From Clostridia bacterium (GTDB lineage: Bacteria; Bacillota; Clostridia; TANB77; CAG-508): 61,604 bases of DNA. A model generated the notes under the pieces. That model saw only the letters and a program-made list of their open reading frames with translations, did not search any database and was not told the origin of the DNA. Below are positions 18,531 through 28,314 of this stretch, one piece after another. The stretch lies in assembly GCA_900754085.1 (NCBI GenBank), contig CAAEBO010000045.1, forward strand, positions 1 through 61,604, written 5' to 3'. How positions within the stretch are numbered: position 1 is the first letter of the stretch; the number at the start of each line of letters is the position of its first letter. Both the position numbers and the translations under genes were made by a program.

Positions 18531-19103
18531 TTGTACGATAATTGGGAAGACTTAGAAAAATCAATAATAGGTTGTAAGAAATGTAAATTATGCAATAATA
18601 GAACAAACATTGTATTTGCAGAAGGTAATAAAAATGCTAATGTAATGTTTATTGGTGAAGGTCCAGGAGCAGATGAAGATAAACAAGGAATACCATTTGT
18701 AGGAAAAGCAGGACAACTAATGAACAAAGCATTTGAAGGTTTGGGAATAGACAGAAAGAAAATATATATAGCAAATATAGTAAAATGCAGGCCACCAAAT
18801 AATAGAGTACCAGAAGTAGACGAAGCACAAGCATGCTTAAATTACTTAAGAAACCAAGTAATATTGGTAAAACCACAAATAATAGTACTAATGGGAAGCA
18901 CAGCACTTCAAAACATATTAGGAAAAGAATATAAAATAACAACAACAAGAGGACACTGGATAGAAAGAAAAGGAATAATGTATATGCCAACATGGCACCC
19001 AGCAGCACTATTAAGAGATGAAAACAAAAAAATAGACTTTTGGAAAGATCTAAAAAAAGTATTAGAAATGTGTGAAGAATTAAAAACAGAAATAGGGATT
19101 TAG
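18531..19103 (+). CDS. uracil-DNA glycosylase, family 4
   Basis: TTG start after GAGGTG. CKKCKLC, FIGEGPGADEDKQGIPFVGKAGQL, IVKCRPP, TWHPAALLR. Confidence 0.85.
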   Translation: MYDNWEDLEKSIIGCKKCKLCNNRTNIVFAEGNKNANVMFIGEGPGADEDKQGIPFVGKAGQLMNKAFEGLGIDRKKIYIANIVKCRPPNNRVPEVDEAQACLNYLRNQVILVKPQIIVLMGSTALQNILGKEYKITTTRGHWIERKGIMYMPTWHPAALLRDENKKIDFWKDLKKVLEMCEELKTEIGI

Positions 19104-19122
19104 GGATGGTCCTTAAAATCCC
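19095..19122 (+). repeat. REP-like element, forward copy (28 nt, slightly diverged)
   Basis: GGGATTTAGGGATGGTCCTTAAAATCCC. Contains the last two sense codons and the TAG stop (19101-19103) of the UDG gene. Confidence 0.8.
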
Positions 19123-19157
19123 TGTTACTAGAGTAAATAAAAAATGGGAGGGGCATA

Positions 19158-19706
19158 ATGGAAAAATATTTTAAAGATATGGATTACGAAAAATTAAGTG
19201 AAGAAATAGCTTTTAAAGGGAAAAGAGTTACAGTAAAAGTTGAAAAGTATTTTAATAAAAGGGATAATAAAGAAATCTATCGTGAGCATATAAAATCTGG
19301 AAATGGAGCTGTTATAATGCCTTTTTTAGATGATAATACATTAATTATGATAGAAGAGGTAAGAACACCTATAGAAAAAAGTATATTAGCATTTCCAGCA
19401 GGCTTAATAGAAGAAGGAGAAAATCCAGAAGAAGCAGCTATAAGGGAATTAGAAGAGGAAACAGGTTATAGAGCAGGAGAAATAGAAGAAATAATATACG
19501 AATATCCAGCGGTAGGGTATTCTAACGAAAAAGTATATATATTTAAGGCGAAGAACTTAACTAAAACACAAAGAAATTTAGACCCTACAGAAGATATACA
19601 AGTACATAAAATTTCTATAAATAAGTTAAAAGAATTATACAAAAATGGAGAAATACATTCTTCAGCAGAAATAATAGCTATATTAAGTTATTTTTCGAAT
19701 ATATAA
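19158..19706 (+). CDS. NUDIX hydrolase (ADP-ribose pyrophosphatase-like)
   Basis: Nudix box GLIEEGENPEEAAIRELEEETGY; 182 aa. Confidence 0.8.
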   Translation: MEKYFKDMDYEKLSEEIAFKGKRVTVKVEKYFNKRDNKEIYREHIKSGNGAVIMPFLDDNTLIMIEEVRTPIEKSILAFPAGLIEEGENPEEAAIRELEEETGYRAGEIEEIIYEYPAVGYSNEKVYIFKAKNLTKTQRNLDPTEDIQVHKISINKLKELYKNGEIHSSAEIIAILSYFSNI

Positions 19707-19726
19707 AATTATAAACAGGAGGAAAA

Positions 19727-20977
19727 ATGAATAATTTAATAGAAGAATCAAATAGATGCTTAAATTGTAAAGTTAAACCATGTCAAAAAGCATGTCCTTT
19801 AGGTAATGATATTCCTAGTTTTATAAAATGTGTTAAAGAAAATAATTTAAAGGAGGCTTTTAATGTTTTAACAAAAACTACTGTTTTGGGAGCAATTTGT
19901 GGTAGAATTTGTCCGCATTTTAAACAATGTAAAGGAAGCTGTGTAAGAGGTATAAAAACAGAACCTATAAGTATTGGCGAATTGGAAGCCTATGTGTTTG
20001 ATAATGCGTTTAAAGAAGATTATAAAATAAAAACGACTAAGGAATTAGAAGGAAAAAAAGTTGCAGTAATAGGAGGTGGACCTTCTGGTCTTACTTGTGC
20101 AGCTTTTTTAAAGATGTATGGCGCAGATGTTACTATTTACGAGAAACAGCCAAAACTTGGAGGCATTACAAGATATGGAATACCAGACTTTAGATTATCT
20201 AGAGAAATAATAGATAAAAATATAGAAAAAATACTAAACTTAGGAATAAAAGCAGAGTGTAATAAATCTTTTGGAAAGGATTATAATCTAGAAGACTTAG
20301 AAAAAGAATATGATGCTATATATTTAAGCTTTGGAGCAAATGTATCATCAAAAATGAATATACCAGGTGAAAACTTACAAGGTATATATGGAGGAAATGA
20401 ACTATTAGAAACAAATATGCACCCGGATTATACAGGGAAAAATGTAGCAGTAAGTGGTGGAGGAAATGTAGCCATGGATACTGCAAGAACAATAAAACGA
20501 TTAGGAGCAAAAAATGTATATGTAATATATAGAAGAGCAAAAGAACAAATGCCAGCAGAAGAACTAGAAATAGAAGAAGCAGAAAAAGAAGGAATAGAAT
20601 TTTTATTTAAAACAAATATTATAAAAATATTAGGAAATGAAAAAGTAGAAAAATTAGAATGTATAAAGACAGAATTAGTACAAAAAGAAGGGGAAAAAAG
20701 ACCTGTACCTGTAAATATAGAGAATTCTAATTATTTACTAGATATGGACTATGTAGTAATGGCAGTAGGATCTAAGCCTAATGAAGAAATTGTTTCTAAA
20801 ACTAAGTTAGAAGTAACACAATATGGAAATATAAAAGTAGATGAAAATTACATGACATCCAAAAAAGGAATATTTGCAGGTGGAGATTTAATAGGAACAA
20901 AATCAACTGTGGCATGGGCTGCACGTTCTGGAAGAAATGCTTCAGAAGCAATAAAAAATTATTTATTAGAAAAGTAA
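19727..20977 (+). CDS. NAD(P)H-dependent FAD/Fe-S oxidoreductase, glutamate synthase small-subunit (GltD/NfnB/SudA) family
   Basis: RCLNCKVKPCQKACPLGNDIPSFI, a second Cys cluster, and two dinucleotide folds (VAVIGGGPSGLTCA; VAVSGGGNVAMD). Confidence 0.75.
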   Translation: MNNLIEESNRCLNCKVKPCQKACPLGNDIPSFIKCVKENNLKEAFNVLTKTTVLGAICGRICPHFKQCKGSCVRGIKTEPISIGELEAYVFDNAFKEDYKIKTTKELEGKKVAVIGGGPSGLTCAAFLKMYGADVTIYEKQPKLGGITRYGIPDFRLSREIIDKNIEKILNLGIKAECNKSFGKDYNLEDLEKEYDAIYLSFGANVSSKMNIPGENLQGIYGGNELLETNMHPDYTGKNVAVSGGGNVAMDTARTIKRLGAKNVYVIYRRAKEQMPAEELEIEEAEKEGIEFLFKTNIIKILGNEKVEKLECIKTELVQKEGEKRPVPVNIENSNYLLDMDYVVMAVGSKPNEEIVSKTKLEVTQYGNIKVDENYMTSKKGIFAGGDLIGTKSTVAWAARSGRNASEAIKNYLLEK

Positions 20978-21101
20978 ATAACAACATAATAAGAAAAATT
21001 TTCTAAAGCACTAATCACAGCAAGCACTAAAATAAAATATTTACTTTTTACATTTTTTGATATATAATTTGGCAAACAAAAATAATGAAGGGATGAAGTT
21101 T

Positions 21102-23519
21102 ATGTACAATTATAAAGAGGTAGAGAAAAAATGGCAAAACAAGTGGTATACAGAAGGTACCTTTAATGCAAAAAACGATTATTCAAAAGAAAAATGGTTT
21201 GGACTAATAGAATTTCCTTATCCATCTGGTCAAGGATTACATGTTGGACACCCAAGAAGCTATACAGCGCTAGACATAATAGCTAGAAAAAGAAGAATGC
21301 AAGGGTATAACGTGTTATTTCCTATTGGGTTTGACGCATTTGGGCTTCCAGCAGAAAACTATGCAATAAAAAATCATGTTCATCCTAAAATAACAACAGA
21401 GAAAAATATAAATCATTTTAAAGAACAATTAAAATCTATTGGTTTTTCTTTTGATTGGTCAAGAGAAGTAAACACAACAGATCCTAATTATTATAAATGG
21501 ACACAATGGATTTTTATACAATTATATAAACATGGCTTAGCCTATAAAACGACTATGCCAATAAACTTTTGTACAGGCTGTAAAGTAGGACTAGCAAACG
21601 AAGAAGTTGTAAACGGAGTTTGCGAAAGATGTGGAAGTCCTGTTGTACAAAAAGAAAAAAGCCAATGGATGCTAAAAATTACAGAATATGCACAAAGGCT
21701 GATAGATGATTTAGATGATGTTAATTTCTTAGAAAAAATAAAAGCACAACAAATAAATTGGATTGGAAGAAGTGAAGGTGCAGAAGTTAATTTTAAAATA
21801 AGTGGAGAAGACGACAAACTTCTAATTTATACAACTAGACCAGATACAATATTTGGAGCAACATATATGGTTGTAGCACCAGAGCATGAAATTATAAAAA
21901 AATATAAAGACAAAATAACAAACCTTGAAGAAGTAGAAGAATATAAAAGAAAAGCATCATTAAAATCAGATTTTGAAAGAGCAGAGCTAAACAAAGAAAA
22001 AACAGGTGTAGAAATAAAAGGAATAAAAGCAGTAAACCCATTAACTAATGAGGAAATACCAATTTGGATTTCAGATTATGTATTAATAACATATGGAACA
22101 GGTGCTATTATGGCTGTTCCTGCACATGATGCAAGAGATTTCGAATTTGCAAAGAAATTCAATTTACCAATTAAACAAGTTATAGTAGAAAAAACAAATA
22201 AACAAATTCTAGAAGAAATAACAGAACCACTTACAGATGTAAATAATGGAATAGCAATAAATTCAGAATTTTTAAATGGATTAGAATCTAAAGAAGCAAT
22301 AAATAAAGCAATAGAATACATAGAGAAAAATAATTTAGGAGAAAGAAAAATAAATTATAAACTTCGTGATTGGGTATTTTCTAGACAACGTTATTGGGGA
22401 GAACCAATACCTATGGTATATTGCGATAAATGTGGATGGGTTCCAATTCCAGAAGAGGAATTACCTTTAAAATTACCAGATGTAGAAGATTATGAACCAG
22501 GAGAAAATGGAGAGTCACCACTTTCAAAGCATGAAGAATGGATAAATACAACTTGCCCATGTTGCCATGGAAAAGCAAGAAGAGAAACAGACACAATGCC
22601 ACAGTGGGCAGGATCTTCATGGTATTACTTAAGATATATGGATCCACATAATAATAATGAGTTAGCCTCAAAAGAAGCATTAGAATATTGGTCACCAGTA
22701 GATTGGTATAATGGTGGAATGGAACATACTACTTTACATTTATTATATTCAAGATTTTGGCATAAATTTTTATATGATATCGGAGTTGTACCAACTAAAG
22801 AACCATATGCAAAACGTACATCGCATGGAATGATATTAGGAAGCAATGGAGAAAAAATGTCTAAATCTAAAGGAAATGTAATAAATCCAGACGAAATAGT
22901 AGAAGACTTTGGGGCAGATGCGTTTAGAGTTTACGAAATGTTTATGGGACCTTTCGACCAAACAGCTCCATGGTCAATGGAAAGTATTAGAGGATGTATG
23001 AAATTCCTAGATAGAGTTTGGAATATGCAAGACTTCTTGGTAGAAGGAGATAAGTATTCAGAAAAATTCGAAAAAATGCTTAATAAAGCAATAAAGAAGG
23101 TTTCTATGGATATAGAAGAAATGAAATTTAATACATCTATTGCTACATTTATGACAATGGTAAATGAATTTTACAAAGAAAAACAAATTAACAAAGCAGA
23201 ATTTACTACATTTTTACAATTATTAAATCCATTCGCACCACATATGACAGAAGAATTATATAAGATAATTGGTGGTAAAGAAGATTTAGCATATAAAGAA
23301 TGGCCAAAATATGATGAAGCAAAAACAGTAGAAGATGAAATAGAAATTCCAGTTCAGATAAAAGGCAAAGTTAAGGCAACAATTACTATTAAAAAAGATG
23401 AAGATGAAGAAATAGTAAAACAAAAAGCAAAAGAAGCAGTTGCAAGCCAAATAGAAGATAAAAAGATTATAAAAGAAATATATGTTAAAAATAAAATATA
23501 TAACATAGTAATTGCGTAA
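21102..23519 (+). CDS. leuS: leucine--tRNA ligase
   Basis: [16 protein letters not shown] (HIGH region), CP1 editing insert, KMSKSKGN. Start placed at ATG 21102 (9 nt after GAAGGG); 21093 is an alternative. Confidence 0.9.
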   Translation: MYNYKEVEKKWQNKWYTEGTFNAKNDYSKEKWFGLIEFPYPSGQGLHVGHPRSYTALDIIARKRRMQGYNVLFPIGFDAFGLPAENYAIKNHVHPKITTEKNINHFKEQLKSIGFSFDWSREVNTTDPNYYKWTQWIFIQLYKHGLAYKTTMPINFCTGCKVGLANEEVVNGVCERCGSPVVQKEKSQWMLKITEYAQRLIDDLDDVNFLEKIKAQQINWIGRSEGAEVNFKISGEDDKLLIYTTRPDTIFGATYMVVAPEHEIIKKYKDKITNLEEVEEYKRKASLKSDFERAELNKEKTGVEIKGIKAVNPLTNEEIPIWISDYVLITYGTGAIMAVPAHDARDFEFAKKFNLPIKQVIVEKTNKQILEEITEPLTDVNNGIAINSEFLNGLESKEAINKAIEYIEKNNLGERKINYKLRDWVFSRQRYWGEPIPMVYCDKCGWVPIPEEELPLKLPDVEDYEPGENGESPLSKHEEWINTTCPCCHGKARRETDTMPQWAGSSWYYLRYMDPHNNNELASKEALEYWSPVDWYNGGMEHTTLHLLYSRFWHKFLYDIGVVPTKEPYAKRTSHGMILGSNGEKMSKSKGNVINPDEIVEDFGADAFRVYEMFMGPFDQTAPWSMESIRGCMKFLDRVWNMQDFLVEGDKYSEKFEKMLNKAIKKVSMDIEEMKFNTSIATFMTMVNEFYKEKQINKAEFTTFLQLLNPFAPHMTEELYKIIGGKEDLAYKEWPKYDEAKTVEDEIEIPVQIKGKVKATITIKKDEDEEIVKQKAKEAVASQIEDKKIIKEIYVKNKIYNIVIA

Positions 23520-23579
23520 ATACTATAAAAAAATTGGAATAAATTAAACTATAAAATATATGTATGGGTTAATAATGAA

Positions 23580-23620
23580 CATTACAGTTATGTTTTGTAA
23601 CATAGCTGTAATGCTTTTTT
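23580..23620 (+). terminator. rho-independent terminator after leuS
   Basis: CATTACAGTTATG / CATAGCTGTAATG, 13-bp stem (one G-T), 8-nt loop, TTTTTT. Confidence 0.8.
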
Positions 23621-23695
23621 AAAGAGAATGTTATAGAACTTTAAATTATATATAGTATAATATAATTATCTATAAGTGTATTAGGAGAAAAGCAT

Positions 23696-24805
23696 ATGGG
23701 GATAGAGTCAAACTTAAAAAAAGAAGGAATCAAAGTTGTAGAAGAACTTGATAAAATAAAAGTTAATACAATAGCTAAGAATGTAGCTCAAAAAATTGTG
23801 GCTGCGTTTCCTAATATGGACTTTAAATTAGGAGAAATATTTATAAGGCTTTCACAAATAAAAATGTATTATGCAGAAGTTCCAAAGGGATTTTCGGAAG
23901 CTAATTATTTTTATAAAAATACATCAATATATTTTAACTGCGAAGTACCATTAGAAAAAGTAGAAGATTATGCTATACATGAATGTATTCACTATTTACA
24001 AGAAAGAAAAGATAAAGCAGGTTTTTTACTAAGATTAGGCTTGTGTGATTTAACACAATATAAAGTTCATGGATTGGCACTAAATGAAGCAGCGGTACAA
24101 TATGCCACAGCAAAAGCAACTAAGGAGCCAAAAGATAATGTGAAGTATTATGGAATTTCGTTTGATACAATAAGCCCTACTTGCTATCCTTTAATATGTA
24201 ATTTAATTGCACAAATGGCATATGTAACAGGAGAAGACGCTCTTTTTGATAGTGTATTTAATAGTAATGATAACTTTAAAGAAAACTTTATAGAAAAAAC
24301 AACAGAAGAAACGTTTTATTCTTTAGAAAAGAATTTTGATAAAATATTAAAATTAGAGGAAGAATTATTAAAATTAAATAATAAAATAGAAATTACAGAT
24401 AATTTAAATTCATCAATGAATAAAAAAAGAGTTAAAATAAAAAATGACATTCAGAAAACATTTATGGATTCACAAAACTTAATAATGAATTCTTATTTTG
24501 ATACATCTTTTGATAGAATTACAAATTTAGAAGAAGTAGAAAATTATAGAAGAGCATTATATAACTACAAAGATTTAGTAGGCTATGTAGAAGGAAAAGA
24601 TGAATTTAATGAATATTATATAAAAACAATGAATAAATTAGAAAATAAATATAACGAATTAGAAAATGAAAATTTATTAGCTGATGATGAAGAAATTGTA
24701 GACTTGCCAATAGAAAGAAAAAATAAATTCCAAATTATATGGCAAACTATAAAGAAATTTTTATTTAAATCTGGTGAAGAATACCAAAGAGAAACAGAAA
24801 AATAG
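23696..24805 (+). CDS. hypothetical protein with HExxH motif and coiled-coil C-terminal half
   Basis: AGGAGAA RBS. YAIHECIHYLQE (HExxH) about 95 aa from the N-terminus. C-terminal heptad-like K/E/N/L-rich region. No family recognised. Confidence 0.55.
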   Translation: MGIESNLKKEGIKVVEELDKIKVNTIAKNVAQKIVAAFPNMDFKLGEIFIRLSQIKMYYAEVPKGFSEANYFYKNTSIYFNCEVPLEKVEDYAIHECIHYLQERKDKAGFLLRLGLCDLTQYKVHGLALNEAAVQYATAKATKEPKDNVKYYGISFDTISPTCYPLICNLIAQMAYVTGEDALFDSVFNSNDNFKENFIEKTTEETFYSLEKNFDKILKLEEELLKLNNKIEITDNLNSSMNKKRVKIKNDIQKTFMDSQNLIMNSYFDTSFDRITNLEEVENYRRALYNYKDLVGYVEGKDEFNEYYIKTMNKLENKYNELENENLLADDEEIVDLPIERKNKFQIIWQTIKKFLFKSGEEYQRETEK

Positions 24806-24815
24806 CAATTAAGTA

Positions 24816-24844
24816 TTGACAATATAAAAAATAGATGATATTAT
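24816..24844 (+). promoter_or_regulatory. sigma-A promoter of the infC-rpmI-rplT operon
   Basis: TTGACA (24816-24821), 17-nt spacer, TGaTATTAT (-10 at 24839-24844). Confidence 0.7.
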
Positions 24845-24850
24845 ATATAA

Positions 24851-25002
24851 GCGATTAAAGAAGAAGGTAACCACTTCCACCTTATCTATACAGATAGAAA
24901 GGTAAAATAATTTAATATATATAGTATATAATTATTTTAGTGGGTTAACTTGCGTCTTTAAGTTAATTCATTTTTTTATTGCTTATTTATAAGCAAAATA
25001 TA
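24851..25002 (+). promoter_or_regulatory. structured leader, probable ribosomal protein L20 leader (autoregulatory attenuator)
   Basis: About 150-nt leader with long-range pairing (TTAAAGA...GGTAACCAC with GTGGGTTAAC...TCTTTAA), an internal hairpin (CCTTATCTAT/ATAGAAAGG), and a TTAACTT...AAGTTAA hairpin followed by a T run before infC. Confidence 0.5.
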
Positions 25003-25014
25003 TGGAGGTGTTTT

Positions 25015-25527
25015 ATAATAAAACAAGATTTACCTATTAACGAAAAAATAAGAGCCAAAGAAGTAAACTTAATAGATGAAAATGGCGAAAAATTAGGAGT
25101 AATGTCACTTAATGAAGCATTAAGAATAGCTTCAGAAAAGAATTTGGATGTAGCTTTAGTTTCTCCAAATACTGTGCCACCTGTTTGCAAAATTATGAAT
25201 TATGGTAAATACAAATTCGAACAAGCAAAAAGGGAAAAAGAGGCAAAGAAAAAACAAAAAGTATTTGAATTAAAAGAAATAAGAGTAACACCTAATATAG
25301 AAGAACACGACTTCAGCTTTAAATCTAAAAATGTAAGAAAATTCATAGAAGATGGAGCAAAAGTAAAAATTACAGTTAGATTTAGAGGAAGAGAAGTTAA
25401 CAATGTTAAATTAGGAGAAGCAGTTATCAATAAATTTATAGAAGAATTAAAAGATATAGCAACTCCAGAAAAGAAACCTTTATTAGAAGGTAGAAATATG
25501 TTTGTAATTTTATCAAAAAAAGCATAA
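25015..25527 (+). CDS. infC: translation initiation factor IF-3, non-AUG (ATA) start
   Basis: INEKIRAKEVNLIDENGEKLGVMSLNEALRIA...DVALVSPN...PPVCKIMNYGKYKFEQ. GGAGG at 25004-25008 is followed only by ATA codons (25015, 25018); no in-frame ATG/GTG/TTG is suitably spaced. Confidence 0.85.
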   Translation: MIKQDLPINEKIRAKEVNLIDENGEKLGVMSLNEALRIASEKNLDVALVSPNTVPPVCKIMNYGKYKFEQAKREKEAKKKQKVFELKEIRVTPNIEEHDFSFKSKNVRKFIEDGAKVKITVRFRGREVNNVKLGEAVINKFIEELKDIATPEKKPLLEGRNMFVILSKKA

Positions 25528-25546
25528 ATAGAAAGGAGCAATTAAA

Positions 25547-25744
25547 ATGCCAAAATTAAAAACAAATAAAGCTGCAAGCAAAAGATATGGATTTACAGCA
25601 AAAGGAAAAGTAAAAAGAACATCTGCAAATTCAAGACACAGATTATCTACAAAAACAAGCAGACAAAAAATGTCTAGAAAACAAAATTCTTATGCAGACA
25701 AAACATGTGTAGAAGGAATCAAAAAATTATTACCTTATGGTTAA
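25547..25744 (+). CDS. rpmI: 50S ribosomal protein L35
   Basis: MPKLKTNKAASKRYGFTAKGKVKR..., 65 aa, between infC and rplT. Confidence 0.95.
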   Translation: MPKLKTNKAASKRYGFTAKGKVKRTSANSRHRLSTKTSRQKMSRKQNSYADKTCVEGIKKLLPYG

Positions 25745-25776
25745 TAAGAAGAACGAAGAATAAGGAGGAATAGAAA

Positions 25777-26127
25777 ATGGCAAGAGTAAAAACAGCAAGA
25801 ATTACTCGTAAAAAACATAAAAAAGTATTAAAACAAGCAAAAGGATATTTTGGAGCAAAAAGATATAGATTCAGAATGGCTAAACAAGCTGTTATGAAAT
25901 CTGGAATGTATGCTTATATAGCTAGAAAAGATAAAAAGAGTAATTTTAGAAAATTATGGATAGCAAGAATAAATGCTGCTGCAAGAATGAATGGAATTTC
26001 TTACAGCAAATTAATAGCAGGATTAAAGAAAGCTAATGTAACAATAAACAGAAAAATGTTAGCAGATATAGCTATAACAGATCCAAAAGCATTTACAGAA
26101 ATTGCAGAAATCGCAAAAAAAGCATAA
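25777..26127 (+). CDS. rplT: 50S ribosomal protein L20
   Basis: [29 protein letters not shown]...[13 protein letters not shown]. Confidence 0.95.
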   Translation: MARVKTARITRKKHKKVLKQAKGYFGAKRYRFRMAKQAVMKSGMYAYIARKDKKSNFRKLWIARINAAARMNGISYSKLIAGLKKANVTINRKMLADIAITDPKAFTEIAEIAKKA

Positions 26128-26141
26128 TTTAAAAAAGTTCT

Positions 26142-26172
26142 AAAATACTAGTTTTTTAAACTAGTATTTTTA
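26142..26172 (+). terminator. rho-independent terminator after rplT
   Basis: AAAATACTAGTTT-TTT-AAACTAGTATTTT, 13-bp stem, T run. Confidence 0.8.
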
Positions 26173-26251
26173 TGTGCTAAAATTTTTTATTAATTTTTAA
26201 CAAGAAATTAATAAAAATTCATATTATATATTAAGAAAGGAGGAATATTTT

Positions 26252-26749
26252 ATGTCTGAAGACCAAAAAGTAGTATCTATTATAGATTATATAAACGAAA
26301 ATAATATATGTAATAAATACTTAAATAAGATAAACGATATAATTGGAAATAGTAATGTAGAAGTTTTAGCAAGAGTCAAAGATAAAGAATCTGCATTACA
26401 AAAAATGCAAGTAAGAAATTTTGCATTTGCAAACCAGATAAGTGATTTTATAGGATATATGCTAATTACAGACAAAATAGAAGATGTATATAAAATTAGA
26501 AATAAATTAAAAAATACATTTGGAAATTGTATAGAAGAAGATTATATAAAAAATCCTAAAAATGGATATCAAAGTATTCATTTAAATTATTTTGTAGAGA
26601 AAAATATTCCTCTAGAAATACAAATAAAAACTAAAAGAATGAAAATAGCACAAGACATAGTACATGATAAAATATATAAAAACTTTAAATTATCAGAAGA
26701 TTTAAGGAATGTATTAAGTCAATTAGCATTTTTAAAGATTTTAAAATAA
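26252..26749 (+). CDS. minimal RelA/SpoT-domain (small alarmone synthetase-like) protein, 165 aa
   Basis: ARVKDKESALQKM, ISDFIGYMLIT, DYIKNPKNGYQSIHL, LEIQIKTKRMKIAQDIVHDKIYK align block by block with the RelQ/RelP synthetase core. Confidence 0.7.
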   Translation: MSEDQKVVSIIDYINENNICNKYLNKINDIIGNSNVEVLARVKDKESALQKMQVRNFAFANQISDFIGYMLITDKIEDVYKIRNKLKNTFGNCIEEDYIKNPKNGYQSIHLNYFVEKNIPLEIQIKTKRMKIAQDIVHDKIYKNFKLSEDLRNVLSQLAFLKILK

Positions 26750-26791
26750 AAATATTAAACGCAAACGCTTAATAACAAAATATAACTTATA

Positions 26792-26825
26792 AAAAAGCAA
26801 TAAAGAGTATTCTTTATTGCTTTTT
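26792..26825. terminator. bidirectional terminator between convergent genes
   Basis: AAAAAGCAATAAAGA-GTAT-TCTTTATTGCTTTTT; includes the spoVAE stop codon. Confidence 0.7.
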
Positions 26826-27209
26826 CATTTTTGGCTTGGCAATAAGTGAAGCTAAATAACCAAAGAAAATTGCAGCAGCAATTCCACCAGCAGCATTTTT
26901 TATACCACCAGTAAAAGCACCTAAAAGTCCAGAAGTTTTAACACCTTCTATTGCGCCTTTTGCTAAATTATAACCAAAACCAGTAAGAGGAACGGTAGCA
27001 CCAGCACCTGCAAAATCTACTAAATATTTGTATATACCAAGCCCACCTAAAATAACACCAAGTGTTACAAAAGAAACAAGAATTCTTGCAGGAGTTAATT
27101 TAGTTTTGTCTATTAAAATTTGTCCAATTACACATATTAAGCCTCCAACAACAAAAGCCTTTAATAATGAGCTCCATTCAAAAACTGCCATCCAATCTAT
27201 ATTACTCAT
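26814..27209 (-). CDS. spoVAE: stage V sporulation protein AE (SpoVAEB-type)
   Basis: LKAFVVGGLICVIGQILIDKTKLTPARILV, FAGAGATVPLTGFGYNLAKG. GGAGGAG RBS. Last gene of the spoVA C-D-E set. Confidence 0.85.
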   Translation of the reverse strand: MSNIDWMAVFEWSSLLKAFVVGGLICVIGQILIDKTKLTPARILVSFVTLGVILGGLGIYKYLVDFAGAGATVPLTGFGYNLAKGAIEGVKTSGLLGAFTGGIKNAAGGIAAAIFFGYLASLIAKPKMKKQ

Positions 27210-27297
27210 AAAATCTCCTCCAATAATTACGATTTATACAGCAAAATTAACTGCATATGCAACTTTTTATACTGCAAATCTCTTTAAAAGTTATGCT

Positions 27298-28302
27298 TTA
27301 TATTTCGATACTAATAGCATGGGCAATACCAGGAATACTTTCACCTTGTTGTGAAGATGTAGCATTCATTAAGGCTCCGGTGGCTATTAATAATATTTTT
27401 TTATATTTTTTTGTTTGTAACATATTAAATAAATAACCAGAAAAAACTGTACCGCAACAAGCACAACCACTTCCACCGGAATGAGTATCTTGTGTTTCTT
27501 TATCAAAAATTAAAACACCACAATCATTATAATTAGACTTTATGTTATAACCTTTGGTTTGTGCGAGTTCTATTAATATTTCTTTTCCCACATGACCTAA
27601 GTCACCAGTTATTATTGCGTCATAATAACTAGGTTTTCTACCTGTATCGGTTAAGTGTGTAATTAAGGTATCCAATGCAGCAGGTGCCATTGCAGCTCCC
27701 ATATTATTGCCATCTTTAATACCCATATCTATAATTTTTCCAGGAGTAAAGTGTGTTATAAAAGGACCACTACCACTAGAAGATAAAATTGCAGAGCCAG
27801 CGCCAGTAACAGTCCATTGGGAAGATTGTGGCCTTTGATTTCCTAGCTCTAATGGAAACCTAAATTGCTTTTCAGCGCTACAAAAATGACTAGAGGCACC
27901 ACAAATAACATTATTAGCAGCACCACTATCTATAAAGATAGAGCCCACACCTAAACCTTCAACAAAAGTAGAGCAAGCACCAAAAATACCTATAAAAGGA
28001 ATATTTAAATCACGAAGTCCAAAACTAGAAGATATACACTGGTTTAATAAATCACCTGCAAAACAATAATCTATACTAGAAGCGGGAAGATTTGATTTTT
28101 TTATTGCAGAATAAAAAGTTTCCTTTAAAATTTTACTTTCAGCCTTTTCCCAAGTTTTTTCTCCCCAGAATTCATCTTCTAAACATTTATCAAAATATTT
28201 AGCAAGAGGTCCTTCTGCTTCTTTTGGACCAACAATACATGCGGTATCTAGTATTGTTGGAAGATTTGTGAATTTTATAGTTTGTTTTCCTAACTTTTCC
28301 AA
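27298..28302 (-). CDS. spoVAD: stage V sporulation protein AD (thiolase-fold, DPA-binding)
   Basis: 334 aa. GPKEAEGPL, IGIFGACSTF, HSGGSGCACCG, typical SpoVAD motifs. Confidence 0.85.
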   Translation of the reverse strand: MEKLGKQTIKFTNLPTILDTACIVGPKEAEGPLAKYFDKCLEDEFWGEKTWEKAESKILKETFYSAIKKSNLPASSIDYCFAGDLLNQCISSSFGLRDLNIPFIGIFGACSTFVEGLGVGSIFIDSGAANNVICGASSHFCSAEKQFRFPLELGNQRPQSSQWTVTGAGSAILSSSGSGPFITHFTPGKIIDMGIKDGNNMGAAMAPAALDTLITHLTDTGRKPSYYDAIITGDLGHVGKEILIELAQTKGYNIKSNYNDCGVLIFDKETQDTHSGGSGCACCGTVFSGYLFNMLQTKKYKKILLIATGALMNATSSQQGESIPGIAHAISIEI

Positions 28303-28314
28303 AAAATCATCTCC

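Noticed and set aside
24979-25014. ORF-track N-terminal extension of infC from TTG 24979
   Set aside because: No RBS before it. The added peptide (LIYKQNIWRCF) is not IF-3-like and overlaps the GGAGG that serves the downstream ATA start.
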